Assembly: GCA_965202585.1 (NCBI GenBank)
Contig: OZ241830.1
Span: 31,248,001 to 31,312,000 of the forward strand
DNA length: 64,000 nucleotides
Direction of reading: 5' to 3'
Source of the DNA: Thalia democratica
Lineage: Eukaryota
Below, in pieces: positions 1 to 13,101 of the stretch. Position 1 is the stretch's first letter. Each line of letters opens with the position of its first letter. The translations under genes and the position numbers were made by a program. Below the pieces are notes generated by a model, which worked only from the letters and a program-made list of their open reading frames with translations, searched no databases and had not been told where the DNA came from.

Positions 1-3000
1 GGCGGTTTTTCGCCTGATGATCTACTGCATGGCGTCGTCGGCGAAGTTCAGGAGGAACCGGGAAGCCATGATCTACTTCACCGCCTTCTGCCTGATGAAC
101 AGGGGCAGGGGGAGTTGGAGCAATGAGCTGATGAACGTGATGACTCAATCGCACATCGCTCGGTGAGATGATTTATTTCGTTTGTATTACATTAATTATT
201 GTTAACTATTTCCAGAGTTCCATATTTAAATTGAAATTTTTCAAACTATTTTTCTTACAAAAATCTAGTTTTGTTTGCATTTTGTCAGCATGCGTTTCAT
301 ATCTAGTTAAAATAGTATTGCAAAAGAAAATAAATAACTAAGCACAGTTATCTAGTTGTTATAGACAAATATTCGGTGTAGACAGTTATTGCCTCCAGTA
401 TACGCATGTAGTTAACCACTTATACACTGTAGTAATACTCATGTCAGCGAGTTCTACTGGAAAGTGTACAACCGCAAGGAGACCAACGAGAGGATCAACT
501 TGCACGATACGTGCATGGGAGGCGAGAACATCACGTGCGACGACTACATAACGGCTCCGGTGTTCCTGTTCGTGCTGCTGCTGGGAGACTTCGAGTCCGT
601 GCCCACTTACAACATCAGGGACATGCTTGAAATCTTCGTCAACTTCTACGTGAGTTGTTTGGTTGTTCGTGTTTTTTGGTTGTTTAGTGTAAACACTTGA
701 AGCGTGTATTGTAATTAGTATAGTAGGCGGTAGTTTTATAAAGTTTTCATTAGTATCGAAATAGGTAGTGGAATATGTACAAGTTTTGCACAATGTAATT
801 ATATACACATCGTGTTTTAGTTTAATTTAGCACAAAAGTGCATTTGAAACACAATGATCATACTCATCGATACAAAACCGTGAGAAGTATGCTGTATTTC
901 TAAACAAACTACATTTAAAACATCAAAGTAATTACAAATTAACAGAGCGACAAGTACCCCACCACACTGCTGGGACTGCTAACTTGTCGCAGAGTGGTGA
1001 AATACAACACGAACCCAACGTTTCACTGGATAATCAACATAGCCAGGAACAACGCCCGCGTCAAGAACCACATCATTCAGCAGGACTTTCTGAAATCGTT
1101 AGTTTCAGTTTGTTATTTATACGTTATTATAAAATAATTATTTTTTTTTTTTCAACCAGTTTAGGTTTCGCTAAGAATTAGTGCTAGTTAAGTTTTAAAA
1201 TAGAATTTGAAAGGTTTTTTTAACAATTTTCTAGCTTTGTTTGAATCTAAAAAAAATATTTTTGTTAAATAACAGATTATCAGAAAGTCTGAAAATACCG
1301 AAGATTAAAATCTTTGAGGTTTTTCACGCTTTGATTGATGAGAAATGGGTGCAAAGCCCTTTGACAAAGGAGATTTTGGAGCACATGCATTCGTTTTGCC
1401 TAAGGTATTTTATTTAGAATTTGTTATACTAGTAAATAATTAGATAATTATTAAATATTAAGAATAGCTTTGAAAATATTAAATGCAAAAAATTAAAATA
1501 AAAAAAGTTTTTTTCTACTTTTTTCTACAATAAAACGTTAATTAATAAAAGTTATTGCTTGAAATATTTCTAAACTGCTTGAAGCTGTTTTACTAAAATG
1601 TCCAAATAAACACTTATTTTTTTAAAATTTTAAATTTACTCATATCGTATATTTTCTCATCTGTGATACTTATTTTATCAATATAATATCAACTAGTTAT
1701 TAAAAAAACCATTCAAACCAATATAATAACGTGAATATAAATGTACAAGCATCCTATGTAGTTCCTATCCCAGGCAGTTCACGTCGGACGAGGAGAATTA
1801 CCTTATCTGCCCCAACTCGGATCAGGGCAAATGGCTGAAGAGCACGTTCGTCGAGCCCATCTTCAAGTACGGGTTCATGGTGAGTTAATACTGATAATTG
1901 AATATATCAGCGTGGTATTTGATATAAAACAAGAAAATATTTTGAGGAAAATTATTCCACTTGCTTCGATAACGGTTTCAATGCCTACACGTATCAATCT
2001 ATTTTTCTGCAGTTAAACGAAACACAAACTTTCTTTATGTTTAAACGCGTTCGCTCGGCTTTACACTAAAAACAACCAAACTTTTATTAACTGTCACAGC
2101 AAAATCACCACGCGCTGCCCTACTGCCTCTCCATCCTCCGAACAGCGTGCCAGCTTCACGACTTGACTCTTTTGGACGAAGCCGAAAAGCACTGCAGGCA
2201 CCTAGTTGTTGACGGGAGGCTTTTCAACTTTACAGACGAGCTTGAGTGCAAAGTGTTGCTGCATTACTTTATGCTGCTTAAAACGTTAGTTTGTTTTGTA
2301 ATAATTATGAAAATAAACATTATGTATACAGAAAATTACTTACACAAGTACAATATTAGTAACTACTTTTGTTCAGCCACAGTTTTTATTTTGTCCTATT
2401 GTGCTGCTAGTCATATTCTATCATGCATACTAAGTTTGACGCCAGAATACTTAACAGGGAGCATTTAGAAGTCTCACACTACCAGAAGTACTTCAGCCGC
2501 TTGTTTCAGCTGCACAAACCATCGATCATGCACGTGACCCAGCAGACCCTAACCTACTTGACTGCCAGGCACTTCTGTTACGATGGAAGGTGGAAGACCA
2601 CGTGTGATGCTGTTAGTTTTGATTTATTATAAAGAAAAATATCTTAAAATAATATACAGTTTTAAAAGTTATAATGCTAGTTTAAAGAAGTGGCAAGTTG
2701 ATGGTATATCTCACTTTTTTGAAAAAATATTATTTTTAGCAAATATTGTTTTGTGAAGCAGAAATTAACCAGCTCTACACAAAATTTGAACACACTAGTC
2801 ACGGTAGTAATATTAATTTTAACTTGAAACCAGGTTTTTCTAAATTTCAATTTTAATCGCAGATATTCCTCAAGATCACTGACGAACCTGTGAGAAGGAG
2901 ACTTTTAAGCAATAACGACTTGAGATTAGAGTACTTGGACTTTTCCATCAAAGTGCTGGCCAGGGAATCAGTTACGTGGATCCTGTGTGAAAAATGCGCT

Positions 3001-6000
3001 AATTTAGTGGGTTTTTGTATTTGTGTTTAGTTTCTCTTTATAATGCTTGATACTCTAAGACTATATGTTACTTAGCTTTAATTTATTCTTTGGTATTGGT
3101 ATCTTTTTTTAACCAAAATTTGATAACATATACTGAATAAGCTCATGGTTTATTATATAGTATAATGATACAGTTTTATAGTTTTATTTTCCAGCTGATA
3201 TAAAATTGAAAAAAAATGGCTTCACAACAAATTCAAATAACTAACTATAATAACATTAACAACACAGTGCGAACAATATAAGTGGGACGAAAAAGTGAAC
3301 ACCTGGCGAAGATTGAACTTGAAGTATTACGTGGATCTTTATCTGGATACAGTAGTGAAACTATTCACCAGTGTAAGTTTTCGATAAATTACTTTTTTGT
3401 TCAAAACAAGTATTGTTAAACATTTTGCAAGCTTATAAAAAAATAAAATTAGTTGAAAAATTGGTTTAGTTATTTTTTATATTTAGTTTAACCCCGTGCC
3501 CAAAAGGTGCCTGACAATAAGTTATGTACTGCAACATAATCCATTTTATCTTTTCATAAATCCCACAACAATTTTATGTAAAATTTGATACGAGAAACAT
3601 TTTTTTTTCTGCATAACCTTTCATTTTGACCCTAGTTTTAGAGAGATGCAGTGCATCCGTACGAGGCACAAACTTAATTTTGTAAATAAAAAACATGAAC
3701 TGTCATTGCAGTGGATGAAGGAACCGAGGCAAGTAATAAAGTACGCGACTCAGAGGAAGTGCTTGTATGACTTCTTTACAAAAGTCAAGAAATGCTTTGA
3801 GCTGCACAACAACTTGCAGCACTTGAATGAGTTCATGAAGCTCGGAAATATGCTGCCTCAAAACAAGAGGGCTGCACTGTAAGTTTTGCTTGTTTTGTTT
3901 AAGCTGGTTCAGACTTCAATTTTTGATAAGTGCTCAAATTCTTCATATTGGTTATTGATATATATTTCAATGTCCTATCACTATAATGTTCAAAGTTAAA
4001 AGGAGGCTGTAAGTTAAATCATTGTATTTAGTACCAAAGTTTAACATAATAATGTTTCAGAATGTATGATCAAATGGTGAAGCTACTGACAACTGCACCC
4101 AACAAGCTTCCATTCACCCAGCAACCACTGTTACACAGGGAGGTTATTCCCCAACAACCTCCTGTTAACCATCCCATCCACCCACGACCCACATCATTAC
4201 CTAGCAACCAACAGAACCTGACTTCAACCAGCACTCAGCAGCCCCTGAACAGGTCCCTGACCCCACAAAATCTCAGCTCCAGGAGGCCGCTCTACACCCC
4301 ACCTGCTCAGAGGCCTCTCTCAAAAGGGAATTTCCCCCCGAAGCTGGGCATCGTGCAGCCGACCATGAGCAGCGCATCCCAGCTGAGCCCCGTTGCCATG
4401 CAACTGTTGCGAAGGAACTCCGCCGCCGCTCTCAGGTCCCAACAACAAAGTTGCCAGGCAATTGGAACAAGAGGCCTCCCAGCAACCAAAAGGAACAACT
4501 TCCAGACTATAAAAATTCCTGACAACAAAATGTGGACCCCTGCCTCTACGAGTCCCCTGCCGACGGCCGGAAGCCCCCTGCAAAGATTGCTGCCCAGTGT
4601 CTATGGAAACACTAGGAGCCCGCAGGGCACGCCCGTCCCCCACCCGATCAAGTTCCCCCAAACCAGCAGAATCGACCCTGCCGCTCTCGAGGGGATTTCC
4701 CGAACCCCTCCACCTCCATCCCAACAACTGCAGCCGCCGCCCCAACCCCACGACGTTCAGATGATCAAGTGCCCCAAGTGCGGAATGGAGTTCGACAACG
4801 GGGTGAGGAAGAGCTACGCGTGCCCCAGGTGCTTCCACAACTGCTTCACCGCCTTCCACCTGCCCAGCCAGATCCAGGCGGAGCGGGAGCAGAAAGAGAA
4901 GGAGGCCGAGGAGGAGGCGAAGCGGCTGAGCGGGAAGAAGCAGCGGAAGAAGAGGAAGAGGAAGACCATAGAGCCGGAAGAGGAGGCGAAGAAGGAGAAA
5001 AAAGTCCCCAAGCTGAAGATCAAGCTGACGCCCAACATGAAGGAGTCGAAGAGGAGGAAAATGAAGAAGCTTGCTTCGGCGAAGTCAACTGAAGATCAGC
5101 CGGTGGAAGTTTTGGCGGGAAGCTCGGGCGAGAAGCGCGCGAAATCGGTCGAGCGTAAATTTTCTAGCAACTCGATGGAGAGGGACAGCGATTCGGATGC
5201 GCTGGTCATAGACGTGTCAGACTTCGACAGCCCGGATAAGAAAAAGAGGAAGTCTTCCGAGAGGAAAAAGAGTCTGGACGAGAGAAGAGTTGAAAAAATT
5301 ATTCTCAAGAACTTCCTACCTGTCATTGAAAACACAGAGGAGCCGACAGACTTGAGCGCCAAAGCCCGCGAAGTCAAACCAGCAAACGGAGTCGACCTGC
5401 GCACGGTGCAAAAGCCTTCGTTGGAAGGTTCGGACGTTGAAGTGATCAGCATCAAAGACAGCAGCCCTGATTCGCGTCAGAGTGATGTGAACGAAAAAGA
5501 CTCTACAAAGTCGTATGCTGAGATTCGTCCGGTTGAAAAGCTTGAGAACGTCTCTGAAAACTCTTCTCAAGATTCTGGGGTGAAGAAGAGGCGTTTGTTC
5601 GTGAAGATTCCCGAAGAAACGCGCCTGAAGCTGCCTCGCGTGTTCGAAGAAAGCTTTGAACGTTACAGGAGGAAATGTGAGGAGTTGCGAGAAGAGGAAG
5701 CTTTAGAAGCCGCTGAAAGAGAGGTCAAAGAAGAGATTGATGAAGGAGTGGTGGACTCGTGCCAACTCACAGCAGGTTTGTTTCATTGTTGTTATACACT
5801 ACTTTTACTCTTTTCAATATTCAGAATGTATTTTAAGTTGTTTGAAAATTTAAACAATCAAAAATCTTATGCTGAACATCGGTTAGTATCAAGTTAAGCT
5901 AATAATAAGTTTAAAAATGTGGCAACATCAAGTTGAGTAATTTTTAACATGTCCTCATTTTAAAATCCTCACAGAAAACGAATCGAGTTCCAAATCTTCA

Positions 6001-8070
6001 TGCGCTTCCGAGTTCAACCCGGGACTTTCCGACGAAACGTATTCTCCCTACTCCGCGGAGATGGACTTCGCGGAAGGTTCGCCCGCGACGGCGTCGTTCG
6101 CGAGCAACCCGTTCCAAGTGGCGCAAGTGTCCACAAACAACAACAACTCGAACACGAGGGCAGAAGACGAGGATCAGGTTGCGAAAGACGAGGTTGCACA
6201 AGTTGCAAGCGATCGAACCGAGACTGCTGAATCGAGAGAGGTGGTAAACCCGGCTCAGGTTGCTGAGCCTGCTAAGAACCAAGAGCAAATCGCTCGAGAT
6301 CCTACTGCTGTTTGTCAAGCTCCATCTAATTATGTCTCAGTCGCATCTATCAAGCAAGAATTGCTCCTAGTGAAAGATCAATTGAACCTCGTGTCTGAAC
6401 CATGTGAGAGGGTCAACCCGGTTGCCGATGAGAGTCGCCTGCAAGTTGAAGAGCGTGAAAAGCGAGATAAACAAGTCGCTTCGAAACATCTCGACAACGT
6501 CCACCAAAAACAAGTCACTCCAACGGATGTTTGTGGGGTTGCTTCCATCAAACAGGAAGCGGTCCCGCGACAAGAAGTGGACAGTCAAGCTGGTGCCAGT
6601 CGGCAAGTGGAGCAGAATGCTTCATTGCAGCAAAAAGCTAAAAGTATGTTGTTTGGTGAATGTGTAAATAATTAAAAAAAAGTTTTAAACTGTTGTAGAA
6701 AACAATAGCATTTGAATTAACTGATAATAATTTAATTTTAAAACAGACGGAGCAGAGTTGGCTGTTTCATCTCGGAAAGAACCAAGAGACGCTGAAGCAA
6801 GCAATAGAGGAGCAACAGTTTCTTCAGTGCCGAACGCAGTTCAAATCAAACAAGAAGTGACCAATTTACCAACAGACAGTGTGAGTTTTTATTTCAAGTA
6901 TGAAAAAACTTAGCTATTAAAATAAAGTATTTAAATTAAAATTGTTTTTCAAACCAACAGACTTTGTTTATTTATATGTTGTGTTTATGATATTTTTTGA
7001 AGGCCAACCAGTCCAAAGCAGTGGAACAAACCACGAAAGTTGTCAATAAAGCCGCAAATAACGATCAAGTTAAAGGAGAAAAATCGGCAAGCAAGGCCCC
7101 GGCCAGAAAGAGGTCTCGTGTCAGCAGTACTGTGAACAAGTAAGTAGATAAATAATGTAAATAGTAATAATAACTTAAAATGTTAAATCTTATTAAAACA
7201 TATGACAAGTCATTTACAAGTTTTTGATTACTGTTAGATTAGTTTCTTAAAAAAGTCTGATAATTAGTTATTTTTTTACTAGCTTAAACATTTATATTGA
7301 CCTCGTATGAAATAATTTTTAAGAAAGTCTTTTATTTTCAATTTTAAACCTCACAGAAGCCTTGAGAGACCGCGCAGAAGCAGGAGGAAGACCAAGCACG
7401 AGTTGCAGCTGGAAAAGGAACAAAGGTGGCAGGATTTGGTGGAGCAAATGACGGAGAAGCTGTTCAACGACAAGGTGCAGTCCCCGCTTCTGATGAAGAT
7501 AATCCACCCCGGCACCAGGCAGGTCTACGCCGATAAGGTTGGTTGATTTTGTGCAGGTAGAAAATAACAAATTTGTACTTGTTGATTTTGTTAGTGCTGC
7601 TAAAATTGTTTATTTTAAACAATACTACTAAAACTAGCTATACTAGCTTGGTATTTTTTATTTGCAACATTTCTTTGTTCTGATATAGCGCAATAAATCA
7701 CTTAAATGTAAATACAGGTGATAGTTTGGTTAGTATTTATAATTAATTGTCAGCAATTTCATCCAACCACCAACAGGTGCGCGCGATCGCCGCGAAGCGC
7801 AAGGATACCGAGGACCAGCAGAAGTCCATCAGAACCTCCCGGAGGAAGAGCAAGTCGGCCAAGAAGAAGGTGAAGAGGATCTTCAAGCATCAGGACAGCA
7901 AGGCGGAGAGGAGAGTGAACGAGTCGGTTGTAGAGTATTATAACAGGACCGGCAGGAAGAAACCGGGACCCGCGTCCAAGACGAACGGTTTGGGGGATCA
8001 CAATTGCAGCTTGAAAGTCAGCCTGAAGCCGTTTGCTGTAGATGAGAACGAAATATTATATTTCAAGTAG
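1..8070 (+). CDS. Uncharacterised large nuclear protein (5' end outside window): helical N-terminal region, CxxC-x12-CxxC zinc ribbon, basic NLS-like tracts, long low-complexity C-terminal region
   Basis: Sixteen GT-AG exons join in a consistent phase chain: <1-162, 448(or 433)-649, 946-1097, 1276-1404, 1750-1879, 2100-2284, 2446-2611, 2863-3006, 3268-3372, 3712-3878, 4061-5775, 5975-6643, 6747-6880, 7003-7139, 7357-7537, 7777-8070 (TAG). This gives about 1555 codons with no internal stop. Motifs include KCPKCGMEFDNGVRKSYACPRC and KKQRKKRKRK. Exons are GC-rich against AT-rich introns. Product family not recognised. Confidence 0.85.
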
Positions 8071-10591
8071 TACGTTTACTTTATATTGACAAAATAGGGA
8101 TTTTTTAAAATGACAAAAGCTCGACTCAGTCTAGAATATTTATATGAATTTTTATATAAAAGGTATGAAGTTATTAAAGCTTTTTTAAATTTGCAGTAAT
8201 TTGGTCGGAGTTCCAGTTTTGATTTAAAATTTTTGAGCTGACTGAATTTTAGTTGTTTGAGTTCCTTTTTCGTAATATTTTATGAAAACAAGTCCGAAAG
8301 TGATTACTTTTAAGTGAAAGTTTTTTCACCTTTTTGCCTTGATCGTTTAGTACCCACTTGAGTTTGTTTAAAATTAGGTTTTTACTAGGTCAATTTACTT
8401 GTTGTTGGTTGTTTTAGATTGTTGTTTTTGTGTTTTTGTTGTTTAAATTGTGTGTGCTGACCGTTCAAACATAACAGTAGCGATTCAAAATATTATTTAC
8501 TTGTTACTGAAAGCGTTTAGCAGATTTTATATATTTACATTTAAAAGGTTTACTATTTTTTAGAAATCACTAATATATCTGTTTTATGAGATTTTAAAAC
8601 CAAAATTAACAGCTGTAGCTATAGCTTACTAATTTTGTTTTTAACTATAGAACCAAAATAAACTTGAAAATTTTTCCGGTTAAATCATTTTGAGAAATAG
8701 ATTATATGATACAAGTTAAATAGTGCTATTTAAATGACATTTGTGTGAAATTTTTATTATATTTGAAGATCCAATGTTGTGAAGTTCAACTCTTTAAAGT
8801 GTCTTCAAGATATTTTAGAACAAGTTTTGTTTTCAATATTTGTCGCTAATAAATTGTACTTTTTTGAAATATGTTTGCTTTTAAGTTAAAAATCTTAGTT
8901 AAATTAAAACTTAGAAATAGATATTTGAATATTTTGTAAGTTATAAGATAATTACTGGTTTAAGGTCTACATGAAGTTATAGCTGTTCTGATAAGGTAGT
9001 CTCTTCTAAATAATAAGTTAACATTTTTCCAAAAACTATAGTAAAATAAAGTTAAAACAAAAAAAAATTGGCAAGTGTACGATAGATTAGTAAAGCGCCT
9101 TAGTTTGTTAGTATAGTAAATAAAGTATTAAATGTATTTTATTGAAAACTAAATAATTATGCCATAACAAACCAAAACCTTAAAATAAAGGTAAAATATG
9201 ACCTGTTTTCCATACTAGTCTACTGACTCACTAAGAAGTGTGGTATGCTTTTATGGTCTTTGAGGTGCTCAAGCATAAAATCTCTTTTTTTTTTTAATTT
9301 TCAATAAACCAAACTGTGACCATTATTTTTAGCTGCAAGCAAATTTTTAGTATAATTTAATAATAATAGTATAATCGTTGTAGCTTGAAAACCACTGATA
9401 GATTAGTAGTATTTAAACATTGTTAAATAAACCAATTTTAAGAACATTACCAGTGTCCATTGCTTAAAATATCTGGCACTTAAAACCTACTATATTTAAT
9501 ACCTGTAGGGTTTTCCGAGTGGGAAAATTGCTTACTATTTTGGACAAAAACCAACGATATAGTTCAATTTTCACATTCAAAATCAATAGTCTCCCTAAGT
9601 GGATGATATAACTTATGCAGTTTTTTAGTAGGGGGGGGGCAGATTTGCTATAAAAAGTCTTAGCGAGTCGGCAAACTTTGAAAAAATCTAGTATAAAACT
9701 TAAATAATTTGATAAGTTCGTAATTGCAATGTAAAAACCATTGACAAGTTACATCGTCTACTAAAATTAAATTAGGAACATACAGATTATACCAAAATTC
9801 AATGCTATTTGATTTGTAAATTATTTTTCTAGTTAGAGTATACGTGGCTGGCCAGAAACTTGTGCTATCGGGCGTATCTTTTCCACCCCTTAGTTTCTTG
9901 TTGCTGCTTTAACTAAAGCGTCTGTAAAATATTCATATGATTGTTTGTTTTGTAGAAATAAATTTTATTACATACTTATTGAGTTGTCATCATACTATCA
10001 GAAAATATGATTCTTAGTATTCAGAAAATACAGTAAGCTTTTAAGGGACCACAAGAAGATCAATAATTGGCTCAGTCCTAAAATCCATCTGCCGAAGCTG
10101 GAGTTGTTCAGAATATCTGTTGTTGACAATTGATACCAATCTTTTTTACTCACAATTGGAGTAAAATTCAGCATAAACCATCATATTTGCCAAAGTAACG
10201 CCAGGCTGATTGGGTTAAAGTATGTTTTATCGGACTTTGCTTGTTCGGTTATAGAAGAAATATATAGCTGTGACTTTATTTGAAACAAAAATTAGCATGT
10301 GATTTAGTTGAAACTTAAGCTTGTCAGTCCTGTTTTAATTTTTCTTTAAATCTCCAACTAGTTTCGTATACTTTTGTTACAAAGCTAGGAATTGTTGAGT
10401 ACAGCAGTGTTTTAAGTTTAAATGTAGAACAATATGTCTAATTTGCAGTTCAAGTTTAAGAAGATCAAGGCTTACACTCTTTTAAGGCAAAAGAAAATTA
10501 GTCTTAGTGACTAAAACCTAGCTTGAATCAGTCTGAGTTTATTAAAATACTCCAAAAACGTTTTTAAAGTCAAATTCAGCTGCCTTTAAAG

Positions 10592-11903
10592 TAGGGGTGG
10601 GCAACGTGCGGGCCGGATCCGGCCCCCGGAGTCAAAATGACCGGCCCCCAAACCTTTTTTAATTTTAAATGTAATCCGGCCCGCGGAAAAAAAATTATCC
10701 GGCCCGCGAGTGGATGATTCGGCCCGCTAGGCATTTTCAAAATTTATATGAAATCCTACAAGCCAATGTAAATACTACAAAATTTGTACAAAACCTTTTT
10801 AAATTATTTTCACAAAATAAACTGTAAGACTTTAACCTGAATACGTTTTTAAAAAAAGCTTTTAATTTTAGTAGTAATAAAAACACTCTATTGTTATAGT
10901 ACCTTGTCTTGTTTGAAGTCAGTTGAATTAATTCTTTCTCAAATTATCCAAAAAAATTGTTTGTTGAACTAACTTTGATGATCTTACCTATCATAATGAT
11001 TTTCAAAAAAAATTACATGTAAAAAATTGATGTCTTTCCCAGATGTGTAGTGAGTTGTTCTTATAAATGTTAAGAAAAGTAGGTTTTAATAACATTGACA
11101 CCTACTTTAAGTAAAACAGCTCAACTTTACATTTTAGTAGAATATTTCAAGTTGAGACTACAGTTTGCACTTTTTCCTGCTATTGGTATTTCAATTAAGG
11201 AATTTTTGATTAATTAAATGGTTAAGTTTAATGATGACCAACTGATGACAATATTTCAAAACAATATCTCATTAACTTTAAGTGTGATTTGTTTAGGAAA
11301 TATATTTGTGTATGTTTGTAATAACGGTTTACAATCTAACAAAAATTTGAATGAATCTTTATAAGTTTTTTTAAATTAATATTGTAATGTTAGTTAACTT
11401 CTGAATAATATTATTAATGTAGCCTCGAGCCAAGGATTACCAAAATTAGAAAATTTCGAACAGTTAAAAAAATTTAATGTTTCAGTTTGAAATCTTAGGC
11501 TCGAGTAACTTTTAGTAAGTAATTTATCGTTTTTATAAAACTACTTAGTATTAGTTCGGTCCAGACTTGTATTAAATATAGAACTATAAGTACTTAATAA
11601 AAATTAACTTAAAATTTTATACTTCAGAACCTTGGTAATAAATAAATTGATTCAAAATTTTAAAACACCAGATCAATTAGCATCCAGCCGGATCCAAGTC
11701 TTTTAAAATTAGTTCTATACCGATACAAAACCTAGTCTAAAATTAGTATTTAGCCGGATCCGGATAGAATTTTTGAATAAAGATCCGGATCTAAAAAAGG
11801 ACCTAACTGAATCCGGTAGATCACTTACTCGAAATGCTCCGGCCCGCAGAGGAGTAATTTTTTTTGGATCCGGCCCGTCAATTATTTATGTTGCCCACCC
11901 CTA
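10592..11903. mobile_element. Non-autonomous hAT (Charlie-like) DNA transposon / MITE, 1312 bp
   Basis: Perfect TIRs TAGGGGTGGGCAAC (10592) and GTTGCCCACCCCTA (ends 11903). Exact 8-bp TSD CTTTAAAG at 10584-10591 and 11904-11911. Repeated subterminal CCGGCCC(G) motifs at both ends. No transposase ORF. Confidence 0.93.
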
Positions 11904-12371
11904 CTTTAAAGGGAGTGTGCTTTTTATAAACTTTTTTGTAAACAATTAACTAAGAATTTTAAAATATATAGCACCATTAGTACTTAAAGTTTTACATATA
12001 AGTAAAACCAAAGCTGTAAATTAAAAATACATTATAAGTTATCCGTGCCACTCTTCAAAGCAAGAAAATCAGCCTGATGATCAAAACCTAGTCGGAGGTT
12101 TTAAAATTAAAAATAGTTCAACTGAAATTTCTTTTCAAAACATCAAGAAATAATAAGCAATAAAACTTTCTTAAAGTCATCCTAAATTGTGCATAAGTGT
12201 TTATGTAATTATTGCCACATGTAAAAATAAACCAAATAAAAACTTAAAGGCCACATTTTTGGGTCCCATATAGTTTGCATTGGGGTTGTTTTTAGAAAAT
12301 CGAATTCCGTCAAGATGAAAAAATTTGAAGTCATCTAAAATTTTACATGGTTAATTTGTTGTGGTATTTAC

Positions 12372-12420
12372 CAGGGGCGTCGCGTGGGGTGGAACGCTGG
12401 AGCTGTAGCTCCACCTAAAA
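12372..12420 (+). mobile_element. Isolated GC-rich DNA-transposon terminus (CAGGGGCGTCGCGTGGGG...)
   Basis: Abrupt GC-rich block starting CAGGGG, typical of MITE ends. No matching partner TIR or TSD found. Confidence 0.35.
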
Positions 12421-12814
12421 ATGAAAAATTATGCTTTTTTTTTTTTTGATTTTAGAGTTTAAGCTTTTAAACTTGCTGCTTTAAATGAGTCCCTGCTTCT
12501 GCTGTACAATCCCAAACTACGTCAAAGTAATTTTGTTTTAAAGTTAAGGAATTGAGTTTTAAAATGTTATAAAAGTTTTTATATTAGCTTAAAAAATAAG
12601 AAAGTTATGTAATCATGAAGTTGTACAAAAAGTGCAGCCAAATGTTTGTATGAACGTCGTTAATTCCCTGCTAAAATATATTTTTTAAAATTTTTATATT
12701 GTTTGTTCAAAATGTTCGTCAAATTGGAGCTGCAAGCTCAATCTGTGTCAGCTGCATCTTAAATGTTTACAAGTTTTAATGCAAAAAATGTTGAAAAGTT
12801 GAATCATGAAGTTG

Positions 12815-12875
12815 AATCATGATTTAATTCACATGGTGCATGAACTTTCAGCACCATGTGAATTAAATCATGATT
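12815..12875. repeat. Perfect 25-bp inverted repeat (hairpin) with 11-nt spacer
   Basis: AATCATGATTTAATTCACATGGTGC (12815-12839) is the exact reverse complement of GCACCATGTGAATTAAATCATGATT (12851-12875). Confidence 0.95.
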
Positions 12876-12921
12876 TTTGTTTAAGATTTACTACAACGCG
12901 AGAATAATTAGACAAGTTGAA

Positions 12922-13101
12922 CTCGAGAAGGGAATACTCAAGCAGAGGCAACTCAGACAGAGAAATTTTGAGCAGGAGCAATTTAAGCAGGGAAAACTTG
13001 AGTAGGAACAAATCGAGCAGGAAAAACACGAGCAGGAAAAACTCGAACAGGGAAAACTCGAGCAGGAAAAACTTGAGCAGGAACAACTCGAGCAGAGGCA
13101 A
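12922..13101. repeat. 15-bp minisatellite, 12 units (consensus CTCGAGCAGGAAAAA; LEQEK on +)
   Basis: Twelve in-register 15-mers with no indels. The + frame reads LEKGI-LKQRQ-LRQRN-FEQEQ-FKQGK-LE*EQ-IEQEK-HEQEK-LEQGK-LEQEK-LEQEQ-LEQRQ, with one TAG. Confidence 0.92.

Noticed and set aside
4307-6667. Overlapping antisense and alternate-frame ORFs (e.g. 4320-4859 -, 4769-5092 +, 5096-5455 -, 5998-6318 -)
   Set aside because: Shadows of the GC-rich large exons of gene 1, with no independent motifs or splice context.
10010-10275. Slightly GC-richer stretch that might be a transposase or exon relic
   Set aside because: All six frames have stops and no recognisable motif could be supported.
12922-13101. 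CRISPR-like array interpretation of the periodic repeat
   Set aside because: Contiguous 15-mers with no spacers, in a eukaryotic context.
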